Shown: in pieces, positions 47,092 through 54,928 of the stretch
Position numbering within the stretch: position 1 is the first letter of the stretch
Layout of the letters: each line of letters opens with the position of its first letter
Position numbers and translations under genes: made by a program
Virus record (IMG/VR): IMGVR_UViG_2775507210_000003
From: an uncultured virus (IMG/VR IMGVR_UViG_2775507210_000003)
Taxonomy: Duplodnaviria; Heunggongvirae; Uroviricota; Caudoviricetes
Length of the DNA: 64,000 nt
Reading direction: 5' to 3' (one strand)
Notes under the pieces: generated by a model
The model's database searches: none
The model's input: the letters and a program-made list of their open reading frames with translations, nothing else
Told to the model about the DNA's origin: nothing

Positions 47092-48245
47092 GTTTTCCTC
47101 GGGTAGGTCTTGGTCAGATTTCCATTGACGACATGCCCGCGCCGCAACACCAGATTGGCCAGGGCGGCGCGGTCTTTCTGACTGTGGCTGGCTTGAGTCA
47201 TCAGTCCGAAGTAGCTGTTGGCGGTTTCGCGAAGCTGCTCAGGTGGCGCCGCTGCGGTCCGCTTCATAGCCTGGGCCACTGATCGTTTCCGAGTAGTGCG
47301 GCGCCATGGCTTGATGACATGGCCAACGAAGTCGACGCCGCGCTCAACCGGCTGCAGGATGGTCTTCGTCGGGTTTAGCTTGGCGCCTAGCTTCGGCAGG
47401 AAGGCTTCGATCTCGGCCAGCCATGCGTTCAACTGCTGCGGTGATTCGTGCAGTAGAATGAAGTCATCGACGTAGCGGACGTAATGCCTGACCCTAAGCC
47501 GGTGCTTGCAGAATTGGTCCAGAGCATCGAGGTAGACGTTGGCGAAGAACTGCGATGACAGGTTGCCAATTGGCAGGCCAAGGTATTCAGGCTGCGCAGT
47601 GAGGCGTTTGTGCTGCGGAACTCGGTTGAACAGGTGCGCCGGGCTGCGGGTCAGATAATCCCAGCGCGGGTCGTGCATCAAGATCTGCTCGGCCAAGGCC
47701 AGCCACCAAGGCTCATCAATCTTGGCCGCCAGTTGCTGGCGTAGCACCTGCTTGTCGATAGCGACGAAGAAGTTGGCCAGGTCGCACTTCAGGTAGAAGA
47801 CCGGCTTCGACCAGTTCTGCGTGGCGCTGCGGATCTTCGACTCAAGACGCTTGGCGGCGTAAAGCGTGCCGCGCCCTGGGATGCAGGCACAGCTGTCCGC
47901 TATGAAGCTGGCGTAGAAGCGCGGGGCCACATGGTTGTACAGCAGGTGGTGAACGATCCGGTCCCGAAAGTCCGCTGCCCACACCTCCCGGGCCTTGGGT
48001 CGGGTTACGACGAAGCAAATAGAGCGGCCTGGCCGGTATTGGCCGGTTACCAAGTCGCTGTGTAGCGTTGTCAGGTTCCGTTCCAGGTTCATCTCGAAAG
48101 CCAGTGCGCTGGCGCTGTTGCGCTTGGAGCGTCGGCAGTCGTAGTAGGCCTGGACTAGATCGCTGAACGGGTATGGCGTTGAAGCTGCGGACGGGGCGGA
48201 CGCGGAGCTCGTTGTTCTTGTCGTTGTTGTTCTGATTGCCATCAT
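47088..48245 (-). CDS. DGR reverse transcriptase
   Basis: FRDRIVHH, LKCDLANFF, GLPIGNLSSQ (DGR-type SQ motif), YVRYVDD, VDFVG; next to TR and avd. Confidence 0.95.
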   Translation of the reverse strand: MMAIRTTTTRTTSSASAPSAASTPYPFSDLVQAYYDCRRSKRNSASALAFEMNLERNLTTLHSDLVTGQYRPGRSICFVVTRPKAREVWAADFRDRIVHHLLYNHVAPRFYASFIADSCACIPGRGTLYAAKRLESKIRSATQNWSKPVFYLKCDLANFFVAIDKQVLRQQLAAKIDEPWWLALAEQILMHDPRWDYLTRSPAHLFNRVPQHKRLTAQPEYLGLPIGNLSSQFFANVYLDALDQFCKHRLRVRHYVRYVDDFILLHESPQQLNAWLAEIEAFLPKLGAKLNPTKTILQPVERGVDFVGHVIKPWRRTTRKRSVAQAMKRTAAAPPEQLRETANSYFGLMTQASHSQKDRAALANLVLRRGHVVNGNLTKTYPRKT

Positions 48246-48285
48246 CGAAGTTCATGTTGAATGCGTTGTTGGCGGAGCGCTGCGA
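48185..48285 (-). repeat. DGR template repeat (TR)
   Basis: 101 bp; reads SQRSANNAFNMNFDDGNQNNNDKNNELRVRPVR with 9 AAC and 1 AAT codons. Confidence 0.95.
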
Positions 48286-48446
48286 CCAGTCGTGCTATCT
48301 ACGTCGCCCTGCCGAATCTTCAGCAGGGAAACTGCGCTGGACCTGCGCGACGCTTTAGGTCGGCGGTATCCAGGGTGCGCATGGCGGTGACCAAAGGTCA
48401 GCGGCACGACCAGGTTCAATTCGCACAGACCAGAAAGCCGTAACTC

Positions 48447-48803
48447 TCAGGTAGCGGGCGCGGTTGGGGTTGAGCGCTTCCAGGCGTTGGCCTGCTTTCC
48501 GATTGAGGTGGTGACCTCCATCGTCTTTGCATGTTGCGAGACGCTGATGAAGCGACTTTCTTTGAACAGTCGCATCAGGAACTCAATCACCTGGACTTTC
48601 TCGACGAGCTGGATCAGGTGAGGATGCTTATCCCGTGTGGCATTGGCCCGGGCGATCAACATCAGGACATCGATGCACTCATCGATGACGCGCTTGCCGA
48701 GTGACTGTTTCAGGTCGCGTGGTATGTTTCGGGTCAGGTTCGTGGCCATTTGCAGCAGGCCAAGCGAGGCCTTGTATATCTGCAGGTCCATGTGCATTGC
48801 CAT
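48447..48803 (-). CDS. avd: DGR accessory variability determinant (Avd-like four-helix bundle)
   Basis: 118 aa, basic; L.IY, PR..K..LG, IGKQANAWK; between target and TR. Confidence 0.85.
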   Translation of the reverse strand: MAMHMDLQIYKASLGLLQMATNLTRNIPRDLKQSLGKRVIDECIDVLMLIARANATRDKHPHLIQLVEKVQVIEFLMRLFKESRFISVSQHAKTMEVTTSIGKQANAWKRSTPTAPAT

Positions 48804-48825
48804 TCGGCTCGCCCTCCAAGAGCGA

Positions 48826-48843
48826 CCGGCCGCAAGCGGCCGG
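48826..48843. promoter_or_regulatory. GC hairpin downstream of VR1 (DGR target-recognition element)
   Basis: CCGGCCG-caag-CGGCCGG, 30 nt past VR1. Confidence 0.7.
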
Positions 48844-48857
48844 ATTAAATAAACGAA

Positions 48858-49472
48858 TCAATCAATGAGCGACCTGCGGACGGGGCGGACGCGGAGCTCG
48901 TAGTACTTGCCGTAGCCGTGCTGAGTGCCACCAACGAAGTGCATGCAGAACGCGTAGTCGGCGGAGCGCTGCGAGCTTGACCAGTACCAGCGTGCCTGGA
49001 AGGCTTCCGGAGAGTCTTCGCGGAATGCCACGATAGCTGTCTGCGTAGGCGATTCCTCGGTGTACAGCAGACCAGCCGGAAGGCTGTTGGGGTTATCGCC
49101 ATCACGGTTCCAGCAGTAGTTCTCGCGGCTGGTCGGCTTGAAGTGGCGGTACTGCAGCTCCTGCACGTCACGAGCAGGGATCGCCCAGTCGGTGAAGCCA
49201 CCGATATCCAGAGCCAGCACCTTCTGAGCCAGATCGCTGCCAGCGGCTGCCATGGACTCAGTGTTCGCTCGGCTGTCGGTGAAGCTGTCGGCGCCTTCGA
49301 TCTTGACGCCGTACTCGCCCCAGGCACCGACCAGTTCATGCGCTGCACCGGCAGTGATGTTGGCGTAGCGCTTACCACCCTCGACGGTGACGCCAGAGAA
49401 GAAGCCGCCCTGGAATGGCTGGCCGATCTCGGGAAGCTGTACTGCAGGTGCCACTTTCTCTACTGCGCTCAT
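48858..49472 (-). CDS. DGR target protein 1 (DUF1566/C-type-lectin-like)
   Basis: DW.IP...E, WYWSSSQ...LRVRPVRR C-terminus containing VR1. Confidence 0.88.
   Translation of the reverse strand: MSAVEKVAPAVQLPEIGQPFQGGFFSGVTVEGGKRYANITAGAAHELVGAWGEYGVKIEGADSFTDSRANTESMAAAGSDLAQKVLALDIGGFTDWAIPARDVQELQYRHFKPTSRENYCWNRDGDNPNSLPAGLLYTEESPTQTAIVAFREDSPEAFQARWYWSSSQRSADYAFCMHFVGGTQHGYGKYYELRVRPVRRSLID
48874..48974 (-). repeat. DGR variable repeat 1
   Basis: 16 mismatches to TR, all at TR adenines; no indels. Confidence 0.95.
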
Positions 49473-49537
49473 GTGCTGCTCCTTTCTGAAGGCAACAAAA
49501 AAGGCGCTGATGCGCCCTGATTTGAATGAATGAAGGA

Positions 49538-50137
49538 TTAAATAAACAACCTGCGGACGGGGCGGACGCGGAGCTCGCCGCCCTTGCCGATGAAGTACTG
49601 ATCGCCACCATCGAAGGTCATGGTGAATGCGTAGTAGGCGGAGCGCTGCGAGCTCGACCAGTAGTAGCAGTCCTGCGCGAACACCTCGGGGCAGTTCACC
49701 CAGCAGTGATACAGCTCGGCCGCTGCCGGCAGGTAGAAGTCGTGATGACCATCAGCCTTGTACTCAGCACAGGCGTTTGCGGCTGGGTGCTGGGTTTCTT
49801 CGTTGCAAAGCCATTCGGTGTTGGCCTTGCCGTCGGTCTTGCTGGTCGACTTCGATTCTTCCCGGTAGCCGCCCCATTCGTGGTCGCCAGCGTCGGCAGC
49901 AGCGATGATCAGGTAGTGCGCCGGCACATCACCACGGGCCGCTACGATGCCGCCGTTGATACCGCCCTGGCCCGGCCATGGCTTGCCGACAGCAGGGATA
50001 TCAGTAAGCGCTGTGGTTTCAGCCTTCATGGCGCCACTGGCTGCGAGGGCCGCACTGAGCACGGCCAGGGCTGGCATGGCTGCCTTTGGCGAGGAATGAA
50101 TGTTAAGGGTGAGGTTCTTAACGTAAATCGATTGCAT
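49538..50137 (-). CDS. DGR target protein 2 (DUF1566/C-type-lectin-like)
   Basis: DFYLPAAAEL, YYWSSSQ...LRVRPVRR containing VR2. Confidence 0.88.
   Translation of the reverse strand: MQSIYVKNLTLNIHSSPKAAMPALAVLSAALAASGAMKAETTALTDIPAVGKPWPGQGGINGGIVAARGDVPAHYLIIAAADAGDHEWGGYREESKSTSKTDGKANTEWLCNEETQHPAANACAEYKADGHHDFYLPAAAELYHCWVNCPEVFAQDCYYWSSSQRSAYYAFTMTFDGGDQYFIGKGGELRVRPVRRLFI
49551..49651 (-). repeat. DGR variable repeat 2
   Basis: 15 mismatches to TR, all at TR adenines; no indels. Confidence 0.95.
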
Positions 50138-50157
50138 GATGATTCCTCGGTGCGGGG

Positions 50158-50973
50158 TTACTTCGCGTCGAAAGTGCCAAGGGAGAGCGAAGCGGCCGCC
50201 CCTACTTTTTCATCGAGCACCGCCTTAAATTCTTGGGCGATCTCTTCGCGCTGCGCTTCTTCGCCAATCCAGCGCAGCTTCAGTACTGGCTGCGCGCCAC
50301 TGGTGATGACAGAAACGCGCAGTCGGATTACCTGCTCGCCCAGACCCTCGAACGGGATGACCTTGAAGTCCAGCCAGGCCGGCAAGGTTTCTTTGCTGCT
50401 GGCCTCGATCTGATCCATGGTGCTGCGGCTGGCGCGGGTCTCGCCAACTGCGTGATCACTTTCCGACGAGGCCTTCACAGTGATAGTGCGTACTGCAGCG
50501 ATTGCCTTGGCGATCGACATGCCGCTGCCATCTTCGGCCGTTGCCACCAGGTGCTGGTGCCAGTCTTCAATCCAGTCGCTCATGGCCTTCTGGTTCAGAG
50601 CCTGGCCACCCACCGCCTGTACAGCGGCGAACGCTGCCGAGGCCTTCAGGCGCAGCACGGCTCGATCATCGGCGTGGCCCGGGTTCAGTGGGGTGCCGAT
50701 GTTGAAGAGCACAACGCAGCTCATGGCGTCCTGGTCGATGAAGCCTTTGGCGTCAGGCGCTGCGCGCTCCACGACGTACCCGCTGAAGTCAGCCAGCGAA
50801 TGGGTGGAGTAGGTGCCACGGAAGCGGCTACGGCCTGCCTGGAAACGTTCCAGGTCGATAACTGTGGCGCTTTCAGGAACCAGAACGGTCGGGGTGTTGG
50901 TCGGCAGGACTTTGCCGGCGGCGGCCAAGGCGTTATCGGTGATGAGCTGGACTGCTTCTTTGCTGAGAGACAT
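50158..50973 (-). CDS. DUF2303/YfdQ family protein
   Basis: Paralog of 2902-3720. Confidence 0.8.
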   Translation of the reverse strand: MSLSKEAVQLITDNALAAAGKVLPTNTPTVLVPESATVIDLERFQAGRSRFRGTYSTHSLADFSGYVVERAAPDAKGFIDQDAMSCVVLFNIGTPLNPGHADDRAVLRLKASAAFAAVQAVGGQALNQKAMSDWIEDWHQHLVATAEDGSGMSIAKAIAAVRTITVKASSESDHAVGETRASRSTMDQIEASSKETLPAWLDFKVIPFEGLGEQVIRLRVSVITSGAQPVLKLRWIGEEAQREEIAQEFKAVLDEKVGAAASLSLGTFDAK

Positions 50974-50999
50974 TCGTGTTTTCCTTGCGAGCGATGAGG

Positions 51000-51347
51000 T
51001 TAGTTGCGGGGAATTACAGGTGCTTGTTCACGACTGAACAGCTGGTCGTGCTTTTCGGGGAACAGGGAAAGCTTGCCGCCGACGCCGACGTGCATTGGTG
51101 TATCGAGGCTGGTGTTCTCGCTGCGGGTACCGCGCTTGGTTGGCACCTTGTAGTCGAGCTTGTGCTTGATCTTGACCTGGCTCGACTCGCCAATCTGGCT
51201 GAAGTCGAGAGTGATGGTCAGCTTCCCGGCTTTGCCGTAGTCCACGACGCCGGCGGCGACTTCGGAAAGGGCGTGGCCGATCTGGCTGGCGAAAGCGCCA
51301 CCGTTAAGCTCCTCGAGGAACTCGGCTGTATCGGTTGGGGTTGGCAT
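51000..51347 (-). CDS. Phage protein (YfdP-like)
   Basis: Paralog of 3765-4112; GGAG RBS. Confidence 0.7.
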   Translation of the reverse strand: MPTPTDTAEFLEELNGGAFASQIGHALSEVAAGVVDYGKAGKLTITLDFSQIGESSQVKIKHKLDYKVPTKRGTRSENTSLDTPMHVGVGGKLSLFPEKHDQLFSREQAPVIPRN

Positions 51348-51438
51348 GATTTCGTCTCCGTGGGCAGGATGCCGCTGGGTGGTAGGTCGATATGCTGCTG
51401 GCGCCGGCCATGCCGGACGCGGCTTGAAATTCGGCGGA

Positions 51439-51603
51439 TCATGGGTGGCACACCTCCAGAGCCTGCTGGCGTGTGCCGGTGGCGGGCATGACGCAAAGCT
51501 GCTGATTGTTGGTGCGGTAGATGCCCCAGGCTGTGCTGGTTGCTCTGGCCATGCAGGCGGCATACTTGATCGCCTCCAGGTGGTTGGTAGTGGCGATGAT
51601 CAT
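51439..51603 (-). CDS. Small hypothetical protein (54 aa)
   Basis: ATG overlaps stop of 51600-52145; below ORF-track cutoff. Confidence 0.4.
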   Translation of the reverse strand: MIIATTNHLEAIKYAACMARATSTAWGIYRTNNQQLCVMPATGTRQQALEVCHP

Positions 51604-52145
51604 TGGTCGTGCTTCGCTCTACTGCTGATCGGCCTGGCAGGGAAGTCGATCTCGTAGTCGCTGATCAGGCGATCCAGCAGCTTGTCGCTGATACCCATCT
51701 GCTTGGATGCCTGGTAGCGCGATAGGCCGCCATTACGCAGCGCCTTCAGTTGCTCCAGCTTGGCCGCATCTGCCACCCGGTCGATGGCTCGACCCTTGCC
51801 GCGCCGTGCGGTGCTGACCTTGAACAGGAAGCCGCCTTGCTTGGCGATACGATGCAGCGTGGCCGTGGAGTAGCCGGTCGCTCTGGCCGCTTCGTTGTAG
51901 GTCATTGTCTTGGCCATCTCGCGTATCTGCTCGATGCGCCTGGCTTCTTCATCGCGGTGTTTCAGCGCTGCTGCCTTGCGTTCGCCGACCGGTAGCTGGT
52001 TGTTGAACTGGGCCTGCGGTCGAGGGACGTACTCGAATGGCTTTCCCACGGTCACCTGACCACCATCAGCGAAGAAGCGGTCGATCTTCGCGTTAAGGTC
52101 AGCCAGGATCTGATGGCGCGGATCTGGGATAGGTTCGCCGATCAT
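51600..52145 (-). CDS. Phage protein with two HTH-like motifs
   Basis: TYNEAARATGYSTATL and LSRYQASKQMGIS. Confidence 0.6.
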   Translation of the reverse strand: MIGEPIPDPRHQILADLNAKIDRFFADGGQVTVGKPFEYVPRPQAQFNNQLPVGERKAAALKHRDEEARRIEQIREMAKTMTYNEAARATGYSTATLHRIAKQGGFLFKVSTARRGKGRAIDRVADAAKLEQLKALRNGGLSRYQASKQMGISDKLLDRLISDYEIDFPARPISSRAKHDQ

Positions 52146-52411
52146 TGCCGTGGTACCAGTTTCTGGTCTGTTGCAGTCTCCATGGCTTCAACGAATACCA
52201 TCGCCGCCTTGTAACTGAAGCAAAAGCCTTTGGTCTTACCGGTGGCCAGCTCCACGACGTGATAGGCCTTGCCCTTGGTGACCACTTGGTAGCGCACTCT
52301 CTGCACGGGTGCTGGTCGACCGATCATTGCGTAGAAGTCCGTAGTTGCGAGGTGGGCGCGCAGGCGAAGGGCAGCCAAGCCCTCCACGCGCTCCTGCATG
52401 GCTGGGTGCAT
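52142..52411 (-). CDS. Phage hypothetical protein
   Basis: GAGG RBS; coupled to the next gene. Confidence 0.6.
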   Translation of the reverse strand: MHPAMQERVEGLAALRLRAHLATTDFYAMIGRPAPVQRVRYQVVTKGKAYHVVELATGKTKGFCFSYKAAMVFVEAMETATDQKLVPRQ

Positions 52412-52478
52412 GTTGGATTCCTCTAGGTTTTGATGCCCGTCGACCGGGCGGGGAAGGGCTAGCCGGTGGTGGCTGTAT

Positions 52479-52593
52479 TGGAGTGTGATCTGGCCGGTAC
52501 TGATCTCCGGCTTGGCGGCCTAACTCTCTGATGTCTCAGTAGCTAGCCAACGAGACTAGGTTTGCGCATCAGCCTGCGCATCCAGATCACACC
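52479..52593 (-). ncRNA. Candidate tRNA-like structured RNA
   Basis: 10-11 bp closing stem, three inner hairpins, complementary loops, 3' TCCA. Confidence 0.45.
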
Positions 52594-52675
52594 CCGATGC
52601 AGCCTGGTGATGGGGGACCAGGTGATCGGGCAGTTAACGTCAGGCTGACGTGGCGCTGGTTGTTCTTTGGCGGAG

Positions 52676-52861
52676 TCAGGCAGCTTCTGGGCTGCACTTC
52701 TCCGCCTGGATTCGCTCGTAGATCTCTTCACGATGCACGGCGACCTCTGCCGGCGCTGCGATCCCCAGCTTCACCTGCTGGCCCTGGACGCTCAGCACGG
52801 TCACGCTGATGTCGTCATTGATGCGGATGGTTTCGCCAATGCGGCGGGTGAGTATCAACAT
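52676..52861 (-). CDS. csrA: CsrA/RsmA-family translational regulator (phage copy)
   Basis: [14 protein letters not shown]...[24 protein letters not shown]. Confidence 0.93.
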   Translation of the reverse strand: MLILTRRIGETIRINDDISVTVLSVQGQQVKLGIAAPAEVAVHREEIYERIQAEKCSPEAA

Positions 52862-52920
52862 GGTCCTTCTCCTTGGTTGTCATCCCGCTGCCCACTCAGT
52901 GAATGGGCAGAAGTGATGCT

Positions 52921-53142
52921 CTATTGCTGCGTGCGTAGCTCGCTGCGCGGAACCCAGCCTGCGCCGGTTTTCACCATGCAGCCGACAAACGCTGCATAGC
53001 GCGTCTCACGCTCGGTTTGCTGGCCGTACCAAGCGCAGGATGTTCGATTGATCAGGTTTCCGGCGATCACCAGGAACGCCAGAAAAGCGACCATCACCAA
53101 CAAAACGCCTTTTGCTGGGTTGGCGGAGAGCCAGGCGGTCAC
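52921..53142 (-). CDS. Small membrane protein
   Basis: One TM helix; coupled to the TerB-like gene. Confidence 0.6.
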   Translation of the reverse strand: MTAWLSANPAKGVLLVMVAFLAFLVIAGNLINRTSCAWYGQQTERETRYAAFVGCMVKTGAGWVPRSELRTQQ

Positions 53143-53579
53143 AGATAGTCCTTGAGGCGCACGTTCAGCTTCGCCGCTGCGCGTTCCAGCACCTCGATTT
53201 CCGCCGGCTCGATCTCGCCGTCTGACTCAGCAATGGTCAGCATGAAGTTGATGACCGTTTCGGCATCGCCAGGGGTGTGGGCCAGGTCGCCCAGCTCGCG
53301 CTCGGCGTTCATGCGGATGATGCGAGGGCCGCCCTCATTGAAGTCAGCCTTGGCCTTGTCGATCAGGTTGCCCAGTTCGGGCCCGAAGCCCTGCAGCTTC
53401 GGTTCGTTGCGCAGCAGGCGATCGATCTTGTCCAACTCAGCCGGCTCGATCTCGCCGTCAGCTGCGGCGACGTAAAAGCAGCCGTAAACGATGGCCTGCA
53501 GCAGGTCCCGGTTTTCCAGCTTGCCCAGTGCGGCGCGAGCCTCGCGGCCTTTGCCGAACAGCTTTTTCAGTCCCAACAT
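53139..53579 (-). CDS. TerB-family protein
   Basis: VAAADGEIEPAE and IAESDGEIEPAE repeats. Confidence 0.85.
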   Translation of the reverse strand: MLGLKKLFGKGREARAALGKLENRDLLQAIVYGCFYVAAADGEIEPAELDKIDRLLRNEPKLQGFGPELGNLIDKAKADFNEGGPRIIRMNAERELGDLAHTPGDAETVINFMLTIAESDGEIEPAEIEVLERAAAKLNVRLKDYL

Positions 53580-53648
53580 GGTGAATCCTCTGGCGTGGTG
53601 GTTGATTTCCCGTCTGGCCCTGTCACCAAGGCCAGCCAGTGAAATCGG

Positions 53649-53855
53649 TCATGCATGCATCTGCACCGTTACGAAGCCATTGCTGGCCACGACATGTGTC
53701 CAGCGCTTGAACCAGACCGCGTCGCCGAACTTCTTCATCGCTGCGCGGCGTACCGCGATCACGATGCTTTCGACTGTCTCGCCCCTATCAGGCAGGGCAA
53801 GCCACTCAAGGCGCTTACCGTTGCCTATGTGTGATTCGATGTTGAACTGAGCCAT
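53649..53855 (-). CDS. Phage hypothetical protein
   Basis: 68 aa with RBS. Confidence 0.55.
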   Translation of the reverse strand: MAQFNIESHIGNGKRLEWLALPDRGETVESIVIAVRRAAMKKFGDAVWFKRWTHVVASNGFVTVQMHA

Positions 53856-54417
53856 GTCCCTATCTCCCGATTGATTTCCCGGATATCACTCAACGAGTGG
53901 CATCTGGTGAAATCCCGGCCTCGCTACTGGCGACAGGCCGGGTGTGTTGCATCAACGGTGATCAGTTCGCTTCCCCGCTGCTGATTGCAGGTCCGCGATT
54001 CGCTGGGGTGGGCCGCGAGCTTCCTCCAGCGCCGTCAATCAGCGGTGACGGCGCCTTCAAAGGTCCATACGAGATGCAGCGCTAAAGCTCTGTTTGGCCC
54101 CGGTTGAGTGGGTCAGGGCTGCATCAAGTCCGGCGCCCCTCATAGCCGAAGCTCAGGGCGCTAATTCTGAAACTGGTATTCCTGGGCTCCGTTACTCGCC
54201 ACGGTTGGCTGGGCGCATTTCTTTCCATACGTTTACGGTTTGGGCTGCCATCACTACTCAGATACGGCGCAGCAGGGTGGGAGTCGCCCACGCCCGGTGC
54301 GTCAGTCTTTTCGCTGGCTGGCAGCCTTTCTGCGGTTGGGTTGTTAAAGAGCGTTTGGGTTGCCCCTGGCATCGCTGTCTGGCCGGCAGTTTTCCGGCAA
54401 TGCGATAAGTTCAAATG

Positions 54418-54472
54418 CAAGCGAACTTGCATTAATAAAAGCATGCTTGTGGATTAAATGCAAGCAAGCTTG
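54418..54472. promoter_or_regulatory. Putative OL operators, prophage 2
   Basis: CAAGCGAACTTG (54418), AAAGCATGCTTG (54438), CAAGCAAGCTTG (54461). Confidence 0.7.
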
Positions 54473-54487
54473 TGTTGTTTTTCATTA

Positions 54488-54503
54488 CTGTATATCCGTA
54501 CAG
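54488..54503. promoter_or_regulatory. LexA (SOS) box
   Basis: CTGT-ATATCCGT-ACAG. Confidence 0.8.
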
Positions 54504-54516
54504 TTACTTGGAGTGA

Positions 54517-54840
54517 TTGGAAGTGCCCACGCTAGGAGAGAGGTCAAAGCATCAGGAGTTGACTGGCTTGGAGAAGCTTGGTCTGAGGGTTTCAGCGATG
54601 ATCAATTCGCCACTGGCCCAACAGGGGAGGAAGGTGCTGATACACCGGCTAGACACGGATACCGATCAGGACTGGGAAGTGATGATGGATCTGCTTGCAG
54701 AGACTGACGGCCTGGAAATGACCTTCTGCGATGACGGGTCGGTGATCCTGGAATGGGATGCACCAACTGACGACGATCGGGTGATCGAGATGGAGTGGGA
54801 GGTGGAGTCGGTGGAGCGGGAAGAGGAGGCGCCTTTCTGA
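54517..54840 (+). CDS. DUF1654-like protein
   Basis: LEKLGLRVSAMINSP.AQ...IHRLDTD...W; TTG start. Confidence 0.7.
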   Translation: MEVPTLGERSKHQELTGLEKLGLRVSAMINSPLAQQGRKVLIHRLDTDTDQDWEVMMDLLAETDGLEMTFCDDGSVILEWDAPTDDDRVIEMEWEVESVEREEEAPF

Positions 54841-54928
54841 TTTAAACGGGCAAAGCAAGCTGCGAGAGAACCTTGTTCTGCTGATGGCATAATGGCATTT
54901 GATTTTTGACCTGGCACTGGAGCTGACA

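Larger units (their letters stand above)
47088..50137 (-). mobile_element. Diversity-generating retroelement with two targets
   Basis: Order on minus strand: target2, target1, avd, TR, RT; adenine-only TR/VR mismatches. Confidence 0.95.

Noticed and set aside
47088..48245. RT as group II intron, retron or Abi RT
   Set aside because: Short RT with the SQ motif plus adjacent Avd, TR and adenine-mutated VRs fits a DGR. No maturase/endonuclease extension is present.
47842..48255. 137-aa ORF starting MNFDDGNQNNN as a third target gene
   Set aside because: It is TR read in the VR frame running into the RT gene out of frame, with no CLec N-terminal part.
54124..54444. 106-aa minus-strand ORF
   Set aside because: Starts within the operator cluster and has no recognisable motif; more likely the leftward leader region.
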